Shown here piece by piece: positions 44,945 to 54,588 of a DNA stretch of 64,000 nt (the stretch's first letter is position 1; each line of letters opens with the position of its first letter). The notes beneath the pieces are model-generated. The model did not search any database and was not told where the DNA came from. It worked only from the letters and a program-made list of their open reading frames with translations. The position numbers and the translations under genes were made by a program. This DNA is from a bacterium (lineage in GTDB: Bacteria > RBG-13-61-14 > DATKZS01): NCBI GenBank assembly GCA_963674965.2, contig CAXXFL010000005.1, positions 608,001-672,000 of the forward strand, read 5' to 3'.

Positions 44945-47128
44945 ATGTTAAATAAAATTTCACTTAAGGCAAAGATGATCCTGGTAGGGATCGTCCTTAC
45001 CGCCTTGCCCTTGATCGCGGTGGGGGTCATGGTAGCAAAACAAAACCGACAAATGAGAGACGCGGCCCAAGAGGAGAGCGAGATACTGGCCTACTCCGAC
45101 CTGGACCACGTGGCCAGGGGCGTGTACGCCATGTGCAAGTCCGCCCAGGAAGTGCTCGACCAGACCATGCTGTCGAACCTGAACGTGGCGCGGGACATAT
45201 TCAACCGGGAGGGCGGGGTCGGCTTTGCCGCCGAGACCACCGCCTGGGAGGCGAAGAACCAGTTCTCGGGCCAGAAAACCAACGTGACGCTTCCCACCAT
45301 GACGGTGGGCGGCGCGAGGCTCGCGCCCAATTTCGATCTTGCGGCCAGGTCGCCCGTGGTTGACGACCTCAAGGACATGGTCGGAGGAACCGCGACCATT
45401 TTCCAGCGCATGAACGAGTCCGGAGACATGCTGCGCGTTTGCACAAACGTGGAGACCCTCGAGGGCAAGCGGGCCGTCGGAACTTACATCCCGGCGGCCA
45501 ATCCCGACGGTACCCCCAACCAGGTGGTTCAAACCCTGCTTAAAGGCGAGACCTACAAAGGCAGGGCCTTCGTGGTTAACGACTGGTACGTCACGGCCTA
45601 CGAGCCGATCAAGGACTCGTCGGGTGACGTCGTCGGCGCGCTTTACGTGGGCGTTAAACAGGAGTCGGTGGGGAGCCTTCGCGAGAGCATAATGAACGCC
45701 AAGGTCGGCAAGACGGGCTACGTGTATATTTTGGGAGCCAAGGAAGGCCAAAAAGGTCATTATGTCGTTTCCTACCAGGGCAAGCGCGACGGAGAGGACA
45801 TTTACGACGCCCAGGACGCCTCGGGCGCGTACTTTATAAGGGAGATAGTTGACAAGGCCCTGGCCTTGGGTTCCGACCAGATAGCTGAACAGAAATACCC
45901 CTGGATAAACGAGGGCGACCCGGAGCCAAGGATGAAAGTGGTCCGGATAATGTATTTCGAGCCCTGGGATTGGGTCATTGGAGTCGGCTCTTACGAAGAG
46001 GAGTTCTACCAGGCCAGGAACAGGCTCACGGAAATATCCCGGCGGGGCAACCTGGTCCTTATTGGCATATCGGTTTTAGCCTTTCTCGGGGCGGCCGGCA
46101 TCTGGTACCTCATATCGAGGTCCATCGCCAATCCAATTGGAAAAGTCATCGAGTCTTTGAGCTGCGCCTCCGTGCAGTTGACCGACGCCTCCGCTCAGAT
46201 TTCCTCCGGCAGCCAGAACCTGGCGCAAGGCTCGTCCGAACAGGCGGCCGCGGTCGAGGAAACGACTTCCGCCCTGGAGGAAATGTCCTCCATGGTCAAG
46301 CAAAACGCGGCCAACGCCCAGCAGGCCAATACCCTTTCCGACGAGGCGGTCAAAATGATCGAGAACGGAAGAGGTTCCATGGAAAAGCTCCTGGGCGCCA
46401 TCGGCCAGATCAAGTCCAGCGCGGACCAGACGGCGAAAATCGTCAAGACGATCGACGAGATAGCCTTCCAGACCAACCTTTTGGCCCTTAACGCCGCGGT
46501 CGAGGCCGCCAGGGCCGGAGACGCCGGCAAGGGGTTCGCCGTGGTGGCGGAGGAGGTGAGGAACCTGGCCCAGCGGTCCGCCGAGGCGGCCCGAAACACC
46601 GCCGCTCTCATCGAGGGATCGATCGGCAACACCGACAACGGCGTGAGCATGGCCGGCGAGGCGGCCCAGGCCCTGGATAAAATCGCCGGACACTCGATAA
46701 AAGTAAGCGAGCTGGTCTCGGAGATAGCCGCCGCCGGCAACGAGCAGGCCCAGGGCATAGACCAGATGACCACGGCCATGAACGAGGTCGACTCGGCCAC
46801 CCAGCAAAACGCGGCCAACGCCGAGGAATCGGCCTCGGCGGGCGAGGAACTGGCAGCCCAGACCCAGGAACTGGACGCCATGATCGTCGAGTTGACGAGA
46901 ATCATCCAGGGAAGGATTAACGCGGAATCGGAAAAGAAAGCCGTCGCGTTCTCGGAAAAGTCCAAATCATGCGGGACCCAGGCTCACGCCGGGTCCGGTT
47001 ATGGCTGGGCTGAAACGAGTTCGCGCCGGCCCGACTCCCGAAATCGGGGAAAAAGGAACTCAACCGACCCGTCGGCGATGATCCCTCTTTCACCGGAGGA
47101 GGAAAACGCGGCCTTTTCGGACTTTTAA
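44945..47128 (+). CDS. Methyl-accepting chemotaxis protein with periplasmic Cache domains and a C-terminal xFxxF tether
   Basis: Two TM helices; [17 protein letters not shown] and [10 protein letters not shown] (Cache-type); [37 protein letters not shown]; ends in AFSDF. Confidence 0.95.
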   Translation: MLNKISLKAKMILVGIVLTALPLIAVGVMVAKQNRQMRDAAQEESEILAYSDLDHVARGVYAMCKSAQEVLDQTMLSNLNVARDIFNREGGVGFAAETTAWEAKNQFSGQKTNVTLPTMTVGGARLAPNFDLAARSPVVDDLKDMVGGTATIFQRMNESGDMLRVCTNVETLEGKRAVGTYIPAANPDGTPNQVVQTLLKGETYKGRAFVVNDWYVTAYEPIKDSSGDVVGALYVGVKQESVGSLRESIMNAKVGKTGYVYILGAKEGQKGHYVVSYQGKRDGEDIYDAQDASGAYFIREIVDKALALGSDQIAEQKYPWINEGDPEPRMKVVRIMYFEPWDWVIGVGSYEEEFYQARNRLTEISRRGNLVLIGISVLAFLGAAGIWYLISRSIANPIGKVIESLSCASVQLTDASAQISSGSQNLAQGSSEQAAAVEETTSALEEMSSMVKQNAANAQQANTLSDEAVKMIENGRGSMEKLLGAIGQIKSSADQTAKIVKTIDEIAFQTNLLALNAAVEAARAGDAGKGFAVVAEEVRNLAQRSAEAARNTAALIEGSIGNTDNGVSMAGEAAQALDKIAGHSIKVSELVSEIAAAGNEQAQGIDQMTTAMNEVDSATQQNAANAEESASAGEELAAQTQELDAMIVELTRIIQGRINAESEKKAVAFSEKSKSCGTQAHAGSGYGWAETSSRRPDSRNRGKRNSTDPSAMIPLSPEEENAAFSDF

Positions 47129-47183
47129 TAGCCGGGAGCGAAAGTTTGTACACTAAAAACGGCAATAAACGCGGTGGACGCGG

Positions 47184-48026
47184 ATGAATCTTTTTCCCCA
47201 CCAGCACCAGGACCTGTCCGACGCGCAGCTCGTCAAGATAGCCTCCATGGTCAGGGCCGCCAGCGGCATCAACCTGAACGTGGGCAAAAAGGAACTCGTC
47301 AAGACCCGGCTATTAAAGCGGATGCGCAGCCTGAAGCTGGCCACCTTCAGGGATTATCTCGATTATCTTGGCGGCGACAATTCGGGTTCCGAGTTCATGG
47401 CCATGCTCGACGTGATCACCACCAATCAGACCAGCTTCTTCCGTGAGGTCGATCATTTCGATTATCTTGCCCGCGAGGCCCTGCCCCGTTTTGAAAAAGA
47501 GAAGGGCCCCGCGGGCAAGCTCCGAATCTGGAGCGCCGGGTGCAGCACCGGCGAGGAGCCCTATACCATCTCCATGGTATTGAACGAGAAGCTTGCCGGC
47601 CTTGGCTCATGGGACGCCAAAATACTGGCCACCGACCTGGCCCCGACGGTCCTTGCCCGGGCGCGCGCGGGACTATATGGATGGGACCGGCTCCAGTCCG
47701 TGCCCCCCCCTCTCCGGAACAAGTATTTCGATCTCGTGGGCCGAAGGCGCGACGGGCGGTTCACGGCAAAGGACAATATCAGATATTTGATAAGGTTCGC
47801 CAAGCTCAATCTGATGGAACCCTGGCCCATGAAAGGCCCCTTCGACGTAATTTTCTGCAGGAACGTGATGATCTACTTTGAAAAGGAGACCCAGGCCCGG
47901 CTGGTAAACCGCTATTTCGATATCCTTCGTCCAGGCGGCTTGCTTTTTATCGGGCACTCGGAGAGTCTCACCGGCGTAAGTCACGGCTTCAAGTACATAA
48001 GGCCCACGGTGTATCTTAAGCCCTAG
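47184..48026 (+). CDS. cheR: Chemotaxis methyltransferase CheR
   Basis: TTNQTSFFRE, RIWSAGCSTGEEPY, ILATD, FDVIFCRNVMIYF, GHSESL. Confidence 0.96.
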   Translation: MNLFPHQHQDLSDAQLVKIASMVRAASGINLNVGKKELVKTRLLKRMRSLKLATFRDYLDYLGGDNSGSEFMAMLDVITTNQTSFFREVDHFDYLAREALPRFEKEKGPAGKLRIWSAGCSTGEEPYTISMVLNEKLAGLGSWDAKILATDLAPTVLARARAGLYGWDRLQSVPPPLRNKYFDLVGRRRDGRFTAKDNIRYLIRFAKLNLMEPWPMKGPFDVIFCRNVMIYFEKETQARLVNRYFDILRPGGLLFIGHSESLTGVSHGFKYIRPTVYLKP

Positions 48027-48044
48027 GGCCCGGGGAACGAGACA

Positions 48045-48521
48045 TTGAAACACATCGTTGGAGTCGCTGAAATGAAAACGTCCGGCAGCGCGGGCGACGT
48101 TATCGTCACTCACGCCCTTGGAAGCTGCCTGGGGATCGCGGTTTTCGATCCCGCGGCCGGGGCGGGAGGCATACTTCACGTCATGCTGCCCAACTCGAGC
48201 GTTAACCCGGACAAGGCCAAGCTGAACCCCGCCATGTTCGTGGACACGGGCGTGCCCTTTTTCTTCAAGAAGCTCTACGAGCTTGGAGTCGATAAAAAAA
48301 GCGCCGTGATCAAAGTGGCCGGCGGGGCGGCGGTGGGCCAGGGCAAGGATTTTTTCGCCATCGGCAAGAGAAACTTCGGCATGCTGCGCAAGTTGTTCTG
48401 GAAGAACGGAATCATAATCTCGGGTCAGGACGTGGGCGGGAACATAGCCCGTACCATGTACCTTGACGTCAGCGACGGCCGCGTTTGGCTTACGTCCAAC
48501 GGCCGGGAGTGGGACCTATGA
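48045..48521 (+). CDS. cheD: Chemoreceptor glutamine deamidase CheD
   Basis: T.ALGSCLGI, GILHVMLP, IKVAGGA, IGKRN, DVGG..AR; TTG start. Confidence 0.93.
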   Translation: MKHIVGVAEMKTSGSAGDVIVTHALGSCLGIAVFDPAAGAGGILHVMLPNSSVNPDKAKLNPAMFVDTGVPFFFKKLYELGVDKKSAVIKVAGGAAVGQGKDFFAIGKRNFGMLRKLFWKNGIIISGQDVGGNIARTMYLDVSDGRVWLTSNGREWDL

Positions 48522-49372
48522 TCGGACCTATTAAACCTGAGGACGTCGAGAGCCTGAAGCCCATGCCCGCCTCGGTCTTGAGCCTGGCCCGGGTCGCCAC
48601 CGACCCCGACTCGAGCCTGGCCGAGATAACGCGGATCATCGAGCTTGACGAGGCCCTTACCGCCAACATACTGAAAATGGCCAACTCGGCCTGGTCCAGC
48701 TCGCAAAAAAAGATCGACACGGTCAGGGCGGCCGTCATCAGGATGGGCTCGGGCAAAATACTGAGGATGGCGGTGGGACGCTCGATCGGTCCGGCCATGG
48801 AGTCCGGCCTGCCCGGATACGCCCTCGGCGAGCACGAGCTGTGGAGGCACAGCGTGGCCGCGGCCCTGGCGGCCGAGCACATGGGGGCCCACGCCAAGGC
48901 CGATATCCCTGCGGCGGCCTTTACGGCGGCGCTTCTGCACGACATTGGAAAGCTGCTCTTAAGCCGGCACATAAACGCGGAAACGATCTCGAGAATTTTG
49001 GAGATGGCCGAGTCGAAAAAGGTCTCCTACGTGGAGGCCGAAAGAGAAGTCGTCGGCGCCGACCACGCCCAGGTGGGAGGGGCCATCGCTCGGCAGTGGA
49101 AGTTTCCCGAGCCCCTGGTCAGGGCCATCGAGCTTCATCACGATCCCGACCAGGAGCCGGATTCGCTGCGGGACGCGGTTCACGTGGCCAACACGGTGGC
49201 CAAGTTGGTTGGAGTTGGACTTGGAAGCGAGCAGATGTACCTCAAGGTCAGCGACGCGGCGCCCCAGCGCCTTGGCATGTCGCCGGCCGGGCTCGAGGCC
49301 CTCTGCGCCAGGGTCCAACTGGAATTGGATCAGGCCGAAACACTATTCATGGGAAAAGAAAATGGCGATTAA
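48518..49372 (+). CDS. HDOD domain protein
   Basis: D.ALTANILKMANSA, LWRHSVAAA, ALLHDIGK, DHAQVG..IARQWKFP, IELHH; ATGA overlap with cheD. Confidence 0.92.
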   Translation: MIGPIKPEDVESLKPMPASVLSLARVATDPDSSLAEITRIIELDEALTANILKMANSAWSSSQKKIDTVRAAVIRMGSGKILRMAVGRSIGPAMESGLPGYALGEHELWRHSVAAALAAEHMGAHAKADIPAAAFTAALLHDIGKLLLSRHINAETISRILEMAESKKVSYVEAEREVVGADHAQVGGAIARQWKFPEPLVRAIELHHDPDQEPDSLRDAVHVANTVAKLVGVGLGSEQMYLKVSDAAPQRLGMSPAGLEALCARVQLELDQAETLFMGKENGD

Positions 49373-49739
49373 CGTACTGGTAGTGGACGACAGCTCGACC
49401 ATGCGCTCCATGGTGAAAAAAACCCTCAAGATGAGCGGGACACCCATCGGAGAGTTTCACCAGGCCGAAAACGGGCTCGAGGGCCTCGAGGTGCTCGAGC
49501 GGGAATGGATCGACCTGGTGCTGGTCGATATCAACATGCCCGTCATGAACGGCATGGAAATGATCGACAAGGTAAGGGAAAAGCCCGAGTTCGCGAGCCT
49601 GCCCATCGTGGTCATCTCCACAGAGTCGAGCGCCACGCGGATAGAGGAAGTGCACGCGAAGGGAGTCGAGTTCATACACAAGCCCTTTACTCCCGAGCAT
49701 TTCCGAGCCATCGTCAAGAAGCTGATAGGAGACGCGTAA
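49362..49739 (+). CDS. cheY: CheY-like single-domain response regulator
   Basis: VLVVDDS, DINMPVMNG, IST, HKPFT. Confidence 0.85.
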   Translation: MAINVLVVDDSSTMRSMVKKTLKMSGTPIGEFHQAENGLEGLEVLEREWIDLVLVDINMPVMNGMEMIDKVREKPEFASLPIVVISTESSATRIEEVHAKGVEFIHKPFTPEHFRAIVKKLIGDA

Positions 49740-50191
49740 TGGACCCCTCACCCGAGATTCTCGAGAGAGTTGGACGGGAGGTCCTCGAGACCATGGCCTT
49801 CATGTTCGTCATGCCCGGCATGGAATCGGAGGAGGAAAAAGGCCCCTACTCGACCGTCCTCGTGGAATTCAGCGGGCACGCCAAGGGCCTTCTCGTTTTA
49901 CAGATGCCCGATGAAATCCTGCCCGAGCTGGCCGCCAACATGTTGGGCGACGACGAGGCAGAACCCGAGCCCGGGCAGCAAATGGACGCCCTGGGCGAGC
50001 TGGCCAACGTCATATGCGGGAACCTCCTGGCCGAGATGGCCGGACCCGAGCCCGTGTTCGACCTGGTCTCTCCCGTGATAATTACCGACGTCTCCGAGCT
50101 CGAGAAAAAAATCGGCTCGGGCAAAAAGACCCGGGCCTTTCTGCCCCTCGAGGAAGGATGGGTCGAGTTGGCGCTCGTGCTTCTGGACTGA
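49739..50191 (+). CDS. cheX: CheX-like phosphatase
   Basis: VEFSG...G.L.L, LAANMLG, DALGELANVICGN (E-x-x-N motif). Confidence 0.85.
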   Translation: MDPSPEILERVGREVLETMAFMFVMPGMESEEEKGPYSTVLVEFSGHAKGLLVLQMPDEILPELAANMLGDDEAEPEPGQQMDALGELANVICGNLLAEMAGPEPVFDLVSPVIITDVSELEKKIGSGKKTRAFLPLEEGWVELALVLLD

Positions 50192-50197
50192 AATTAG

Positions 50198-51274
<1,077 letters not shown>

Positions 51275-51428
51275 GCGACTTTTTCAAGCGCCCTTTTCGA
51301 GTCCCCCGATTCGAGACAAAAAAAGAGAATTTTTGGCGCCCGTAATGCATAAAACAAATTCAATGAAAATCGAAAAAGGCAAGGCAAAACGCGATAGATT
51401 TTGCGGAAAAAAATATTGACGGGGGTAT

Positions 51429-51794
51429 GTGATGAAGATACTGATAGTTGACGACAGCAAGGCAATGAGGATGATAGTAAAACGCACGCTGCGCCAGGCC
51501 GGACTGGGCGACCATGAGGTTATCGAGGCGGGCAACGGGGCCGAGGCCCTGAACGCCATCTCGGCCTCGAAACCCGACGTGGTGCTCTGCGACTGGAACA
51601 TGCCGGAGATGAACGGTATCGAGCTTCTCGAGAAACTGAACGAGAACGGAAAGAAGGTCAAGTTCGGTTTCGTGACCAGCGAGGGCACGCCGGAAATGCG
51701 CGAGAAGGCCAAGGGCGCGGGGGCCCTGTTTTTTATTTCCAAGCCCTTTACCGCCGACACCTTCCAGGAAGCCCTTAACCCGGTGATATCATGA
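51429..51794 (+). CDS. Second CheY-like single-domain response regulator
   Basis: ILIVDDS.AMRMIV.RTL, DWNMPEMNG, FGFVTSEG, SKPFT. Confidence 0.9.
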   Translation: MMKILIVDDSKAMRMIVKRTLRQAGLGDHEVIEAGNGAEALNAISASKPDVVLCDWNMPEMNGIELLEKLNENGKKVKFGFVTSEGTPEMREKAKGAGALFFISKPFTADTFQEALNPVIS

Positions 51795-52270
51795 GTTCCA
51801 ACGGCATATCCATAAGGGACTGGCTGGACAGCATGGTCGAGGCCATGAACGAGTTGGCCCCCACTACCCTCGGGTTCGACGACGTGGAGGTCAAGGAGAT
51901 AAAGGAGGTCTTTCCCGTGGGCATGTCCGGCGCCTATATCGCGCTGGTCAGCATGGACTCGTCCCTGCAAATCGGCCTCGTGTCCGAGCCCAAGGGATGC
52001 GAAACCCTGGCCCTCTCGCTTATGGGAATGGAACCGGGAGAAGAAGAGCTTTCCGAGCAGGACATAGCCGACTCGGTGGGAGAGATAATAAATATCCTGG
52101 CCGGGATGATAAAGCGACAGATGGCGAAAAAAATTAACGCCGTCAACCTCGGCTTGCCTATATTCATCAACGGGCACATCGAGCCGAGGCAGCGGCAGGA
52201 AACGGGAGTGGCCGAGGTTAAAATCGGCCCGGTAGACGCCCAGCTCCTTGTGCTGAGGGAGGCGGAGTAA
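51791..52270 (+). CDS. Second CheX-like protein
   Basis: LA..LMGM, DSVGEIINILAG (E-x-x-N), LGLPIFI.G; ATGA overlap with the upstream gene. Confidence 0.8.
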   Translation: MSSNGISIRDWLDSMVEAMNELAPTTLGFDDVEVKEIKEVFPVGMSGAYIALVSMDSSLQIGLVSEPKGCETLALSLMGMEPGEEELSEQDIADSVGEIINILAGMIKRQMAKKINAVNLGLPIFINGHIEPRQRQETGVAEVKIGPVDAQLLVLREAE

Positions 52271-52286
52271 TAAGGGGAGGATCGAA

Positions 52287-52793
52287 ATGACGGCGGCGTT
52301 GACATATCCCATGCCCATGCCCGAGACCATCACCAGCCTGCTGGCCGATCTTCTGGGCAAAAAAGTGATGGCCAATAAGGGAAAGCCCATCGCCATGGCG
52401 CCGGGCGGGGCCATAGCCATGTGTATTTTCGTGGAAGACGAAACGAAAAACCCGGTGGCGCTGTTGATATGCGACCTGGCCATGGCCGGGTTCACGGGCG
52501 CCGCCCTGGCCCTTATACCGCCGGACGCTGGCAAAGAGGCCATGCATACGAAAACCCTGCCCCCCAACATCATGGAAAATTTCCACGAGGTGGTCAATAT
52601 CGTGGGAGCCAAGGTGTTCAACAGCCCTTACACGCCCCACGTTTCCCTGAGGGAAATAATCGTCGCCCCGTCCAAATTGGCCGGGGAACTGAAACCCCTT
52701 CTAACCTCGCCGGGAGCCAAACTCTTTATCGACGTGGCCATCGACGGATACGGGGTCGGCAAACTGGCCCTCCTGGCCGCCTCGAGGTCCTGA
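52287..52793 (+). CDS. Hypothetical protein, possibly a divergent CheC/CheX-fold member
   Basis: LLADLLGK.V, GAALALIP, ENFHEVVNI (E-x-x-N), I.GYG.GKL; GGAGG RBS. Confidence 0.65.
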   Translation: MTAALTYPMPMPETITSLLADLLGKKVMANKGKPIAMAPGGAIAMCIFVEDETKNPVALLICDLAMAGFTGAALALIPPDAGKEAMHTKTLPPNIMENFHEVVNIVGAKVFNSPYTPHVSLREIIVAPSKLAGELKPLLTSPGAKLFIDVAIDGYGVGKLALLAASRS

Positions 52794-52863
52794 GCCGGAA
52801 AAATCAATTGTACGCTAACGAAATTTTGACCTGAATATACCAGTTTGAAAATAAAAGGACCGG

Positions 52864-52889
52864 ACCGGACCATGGTCCGGTTTCTTTTC
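52864..52889 (+). terminator. Terminator-like hairpin ending the chemotaxis cluster
   Basis: Perfect palindrome ACCGGACCATGGTCCGGT followed by TTCTTTTC. Confidence 0.65.
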
Positions 52890-53094
52890 ATCATCAGGAA
52901 TGACCGCTTTCAAGACAAGTGATTTCTTTTCGTTCGGCCGGCCCTTGATAATGATTGCCTGATTTTTTCGCATGGCGAGCGCTCATTGCATAATTGACAA
53001 AAACCCTTTCTCAATCACCGATAAAAAGAAACTCCAGCCATGGCCCGAATCATTTATTCCCTTTATAAACGGGGCATTGCAAGATAACAAACGG

Positions 53095-53110
53095 CGGCAC
53101 GCTTGTTGCT
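53095..53110 (+). promoter_or_regulatory. sigma54 promoter of the sensorless enhancer-binding protein
   Basis: CGGCACGCTTGTTGCT (GG-N10-GC). Confidence 0.75.
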
Positions 53111-53192
53111 CATTAATGAATCGTCCGTTCATGTCTGGTTATATAAAAGGCTTTTCAGGACAAAAATATAAACGGGTCAGGGGGTAACGTAT

Positions 53193-54332
53193 ATGTCGGG
53201 CCGGTTACAGAGCGTGATGATAAATGACTGCAATGACGGTATTGCCTTTATGAAGATGGAAAGCCCTCGGCATATGCCGTGTCCCTCCCTCGAGAGGACG
53301 TCATATCCCGGCCTGATCGTGGAGGACGTCAACTATATTGGCGCCTCTTCCGCCATGGAGGAAATATTCGACTTAATCCGCCGGGTCGCGGCCTCCCAAA
53401 GCAACGTTTTGGTGGTGGGCGAGAGCGGCACGGGCAAGGAACTCGTAACCAAGGCCATCCATCATTTAAGCCCCCGAAGAAACGGAAGGCTCGTGGCCCT
53501 TAACTGCTGCGCCATCCCTCGCGACATGCTCGAGAGCGAGCTTTTCGGACACGTGAAGGGCGCCTTCACCGGGGCCGCCGCGGACAGGGTGGGCCGGTTC
53601 CTGATGGCCAAAAACGGGACCCTCATGCTCGACGAGATATCCGAGATGCCCCTCGACCTGCAGGCCAAGCTGCTCCGCGTCATCCAGGAAAAAAAGTTCG
53701 AGCCCCTGGGAAGCTGCGATACCGTGCACAGCGACTGCCGTATAGTCGCGGCCACCAACCGCGACCTGGAGGACATGGTCCAGGCCAGGAGCTTCCGTGA
53801 AGACCTCTATTACAGGCTGGCCGTCATTCCCATAAACATTCCGCCTCTGCGGGAAAGAGTCGAGGATATTCCCGTTCTCGTCGAGTACTTCCTGGATAAA
53901 ATGAATCGAGAAAGAGGATGCGCCCTGGCCGGCGTCACCGACGACGCCATGGACCTCATGATGAGCTATTCCTGGCCGGGAAACGTAAGGCAGCTCGAGA
54001 ACGCCATCGAAAGAGCGGCCGTCCTGAAAGGGAAGGGAATTATCACTCCAAGGGACCTTGGTCCCAGGATCAAGGCCGAAACCTTCGCCGAGCCCGAGAC
54101 TTTAGCGCCGGCGACGCGAATGAGCTTTCCCGAGGAGGGGATCGACTTCAATCAGGCCCTTAAAGAATACGAGACCTTTCTGATTGGAGAAGCCCTGAGA
54201 AGGACCAGCGGAAACAAAAACAAAGCCGCGGGACTTCTCAACCTCAAGCGCACGACCCTGGTCGAGAAGATAAAGCGTCACGGAATCGACGCCTCGGATG
54301 ACGGCCAGGAGCAGGCCCCGTCAAACTATTGA
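53193..54332 (+). CDS. sigma54-dependent activator (AAA+ plus Fis HTH) lacking an N-terminal receiver domain; FleQ/FlrA-like HTH
   Basis: [60 protein letters not shown]; only about 45 aa precede the AAA+ domain. Start uncertain. Confidence 0.9.
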   Translation: MSGRLQSVMINDCNDGIAFMKMESPRHMPCPSLERTSYPGLIVEDVNYIGASSAMEEIFDLIRRVAASQSNVLVVGESGTGKELVTKAIHHLSPRRNGRLVALNCCAIPRDMLESELFGHVKGAFTGAAADRVGRFLMAKNGTLMLDEISEMPLDLQAKLLRVIQEKKFEPLGSCDTVHSDCRIVAATNRDLEDMVQARSFREDLYYRLAVIPINIPPLRERVEDIPVLVEYFLDKMNRERGCALAGVTDDAMDLMMSYSWPGNVRQLENAIERAAVLKGKGIITPRDLGPRIKAETFAEPETLAPATRMSFPEEGIDFNQALKEYETFLIGEALRRTSGNKNKAAGLLNLKRTTLVEKIKRHGIDASDDGQEQAPSNY

Positions 54333-54359
54333 TACCATCCGCTGATTTTCCGCCGTTTA

Positions 54360-54398
54360 CGCGCCGGCTTCAGGATAAGGGACCGGCGCGCCTTTATT
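54360..54398 (+). terminator. Terminator-like hairpin after the activator gene
   Basis: CGCGCCGG...CCGGCGCG followed by CCTTTATT. Confidence 0.5.
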
Positions 54399-54515
54399 CA
54401 CGCGCCGCCCACCAGTTTTCATCTCCGATATTTTATCTAACGAATACAAATATTTAAGAATTATTTTCCCCGTACTTTCTTATCCTTGATTACAAAGCAA
54501 AAACCCATACGGGTG

Positions 54516-54531
54516 AGGAACGGTAATTGCT
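54516..54531 (+). promoter_or_regulatory. Probable sigma54 promoter of the TPR-kinase-regulator operon
   Basis: AGGAACGGTAATTGCT (GG-N10-GC) preceded by an AT-rich tract. Confidence 0.6.
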
Positions 54532-54588
54532 CTACTAATATGGCGAGTCTCTAAAATGCGAATTGCATGCAACATACGAGGTCCCCAA

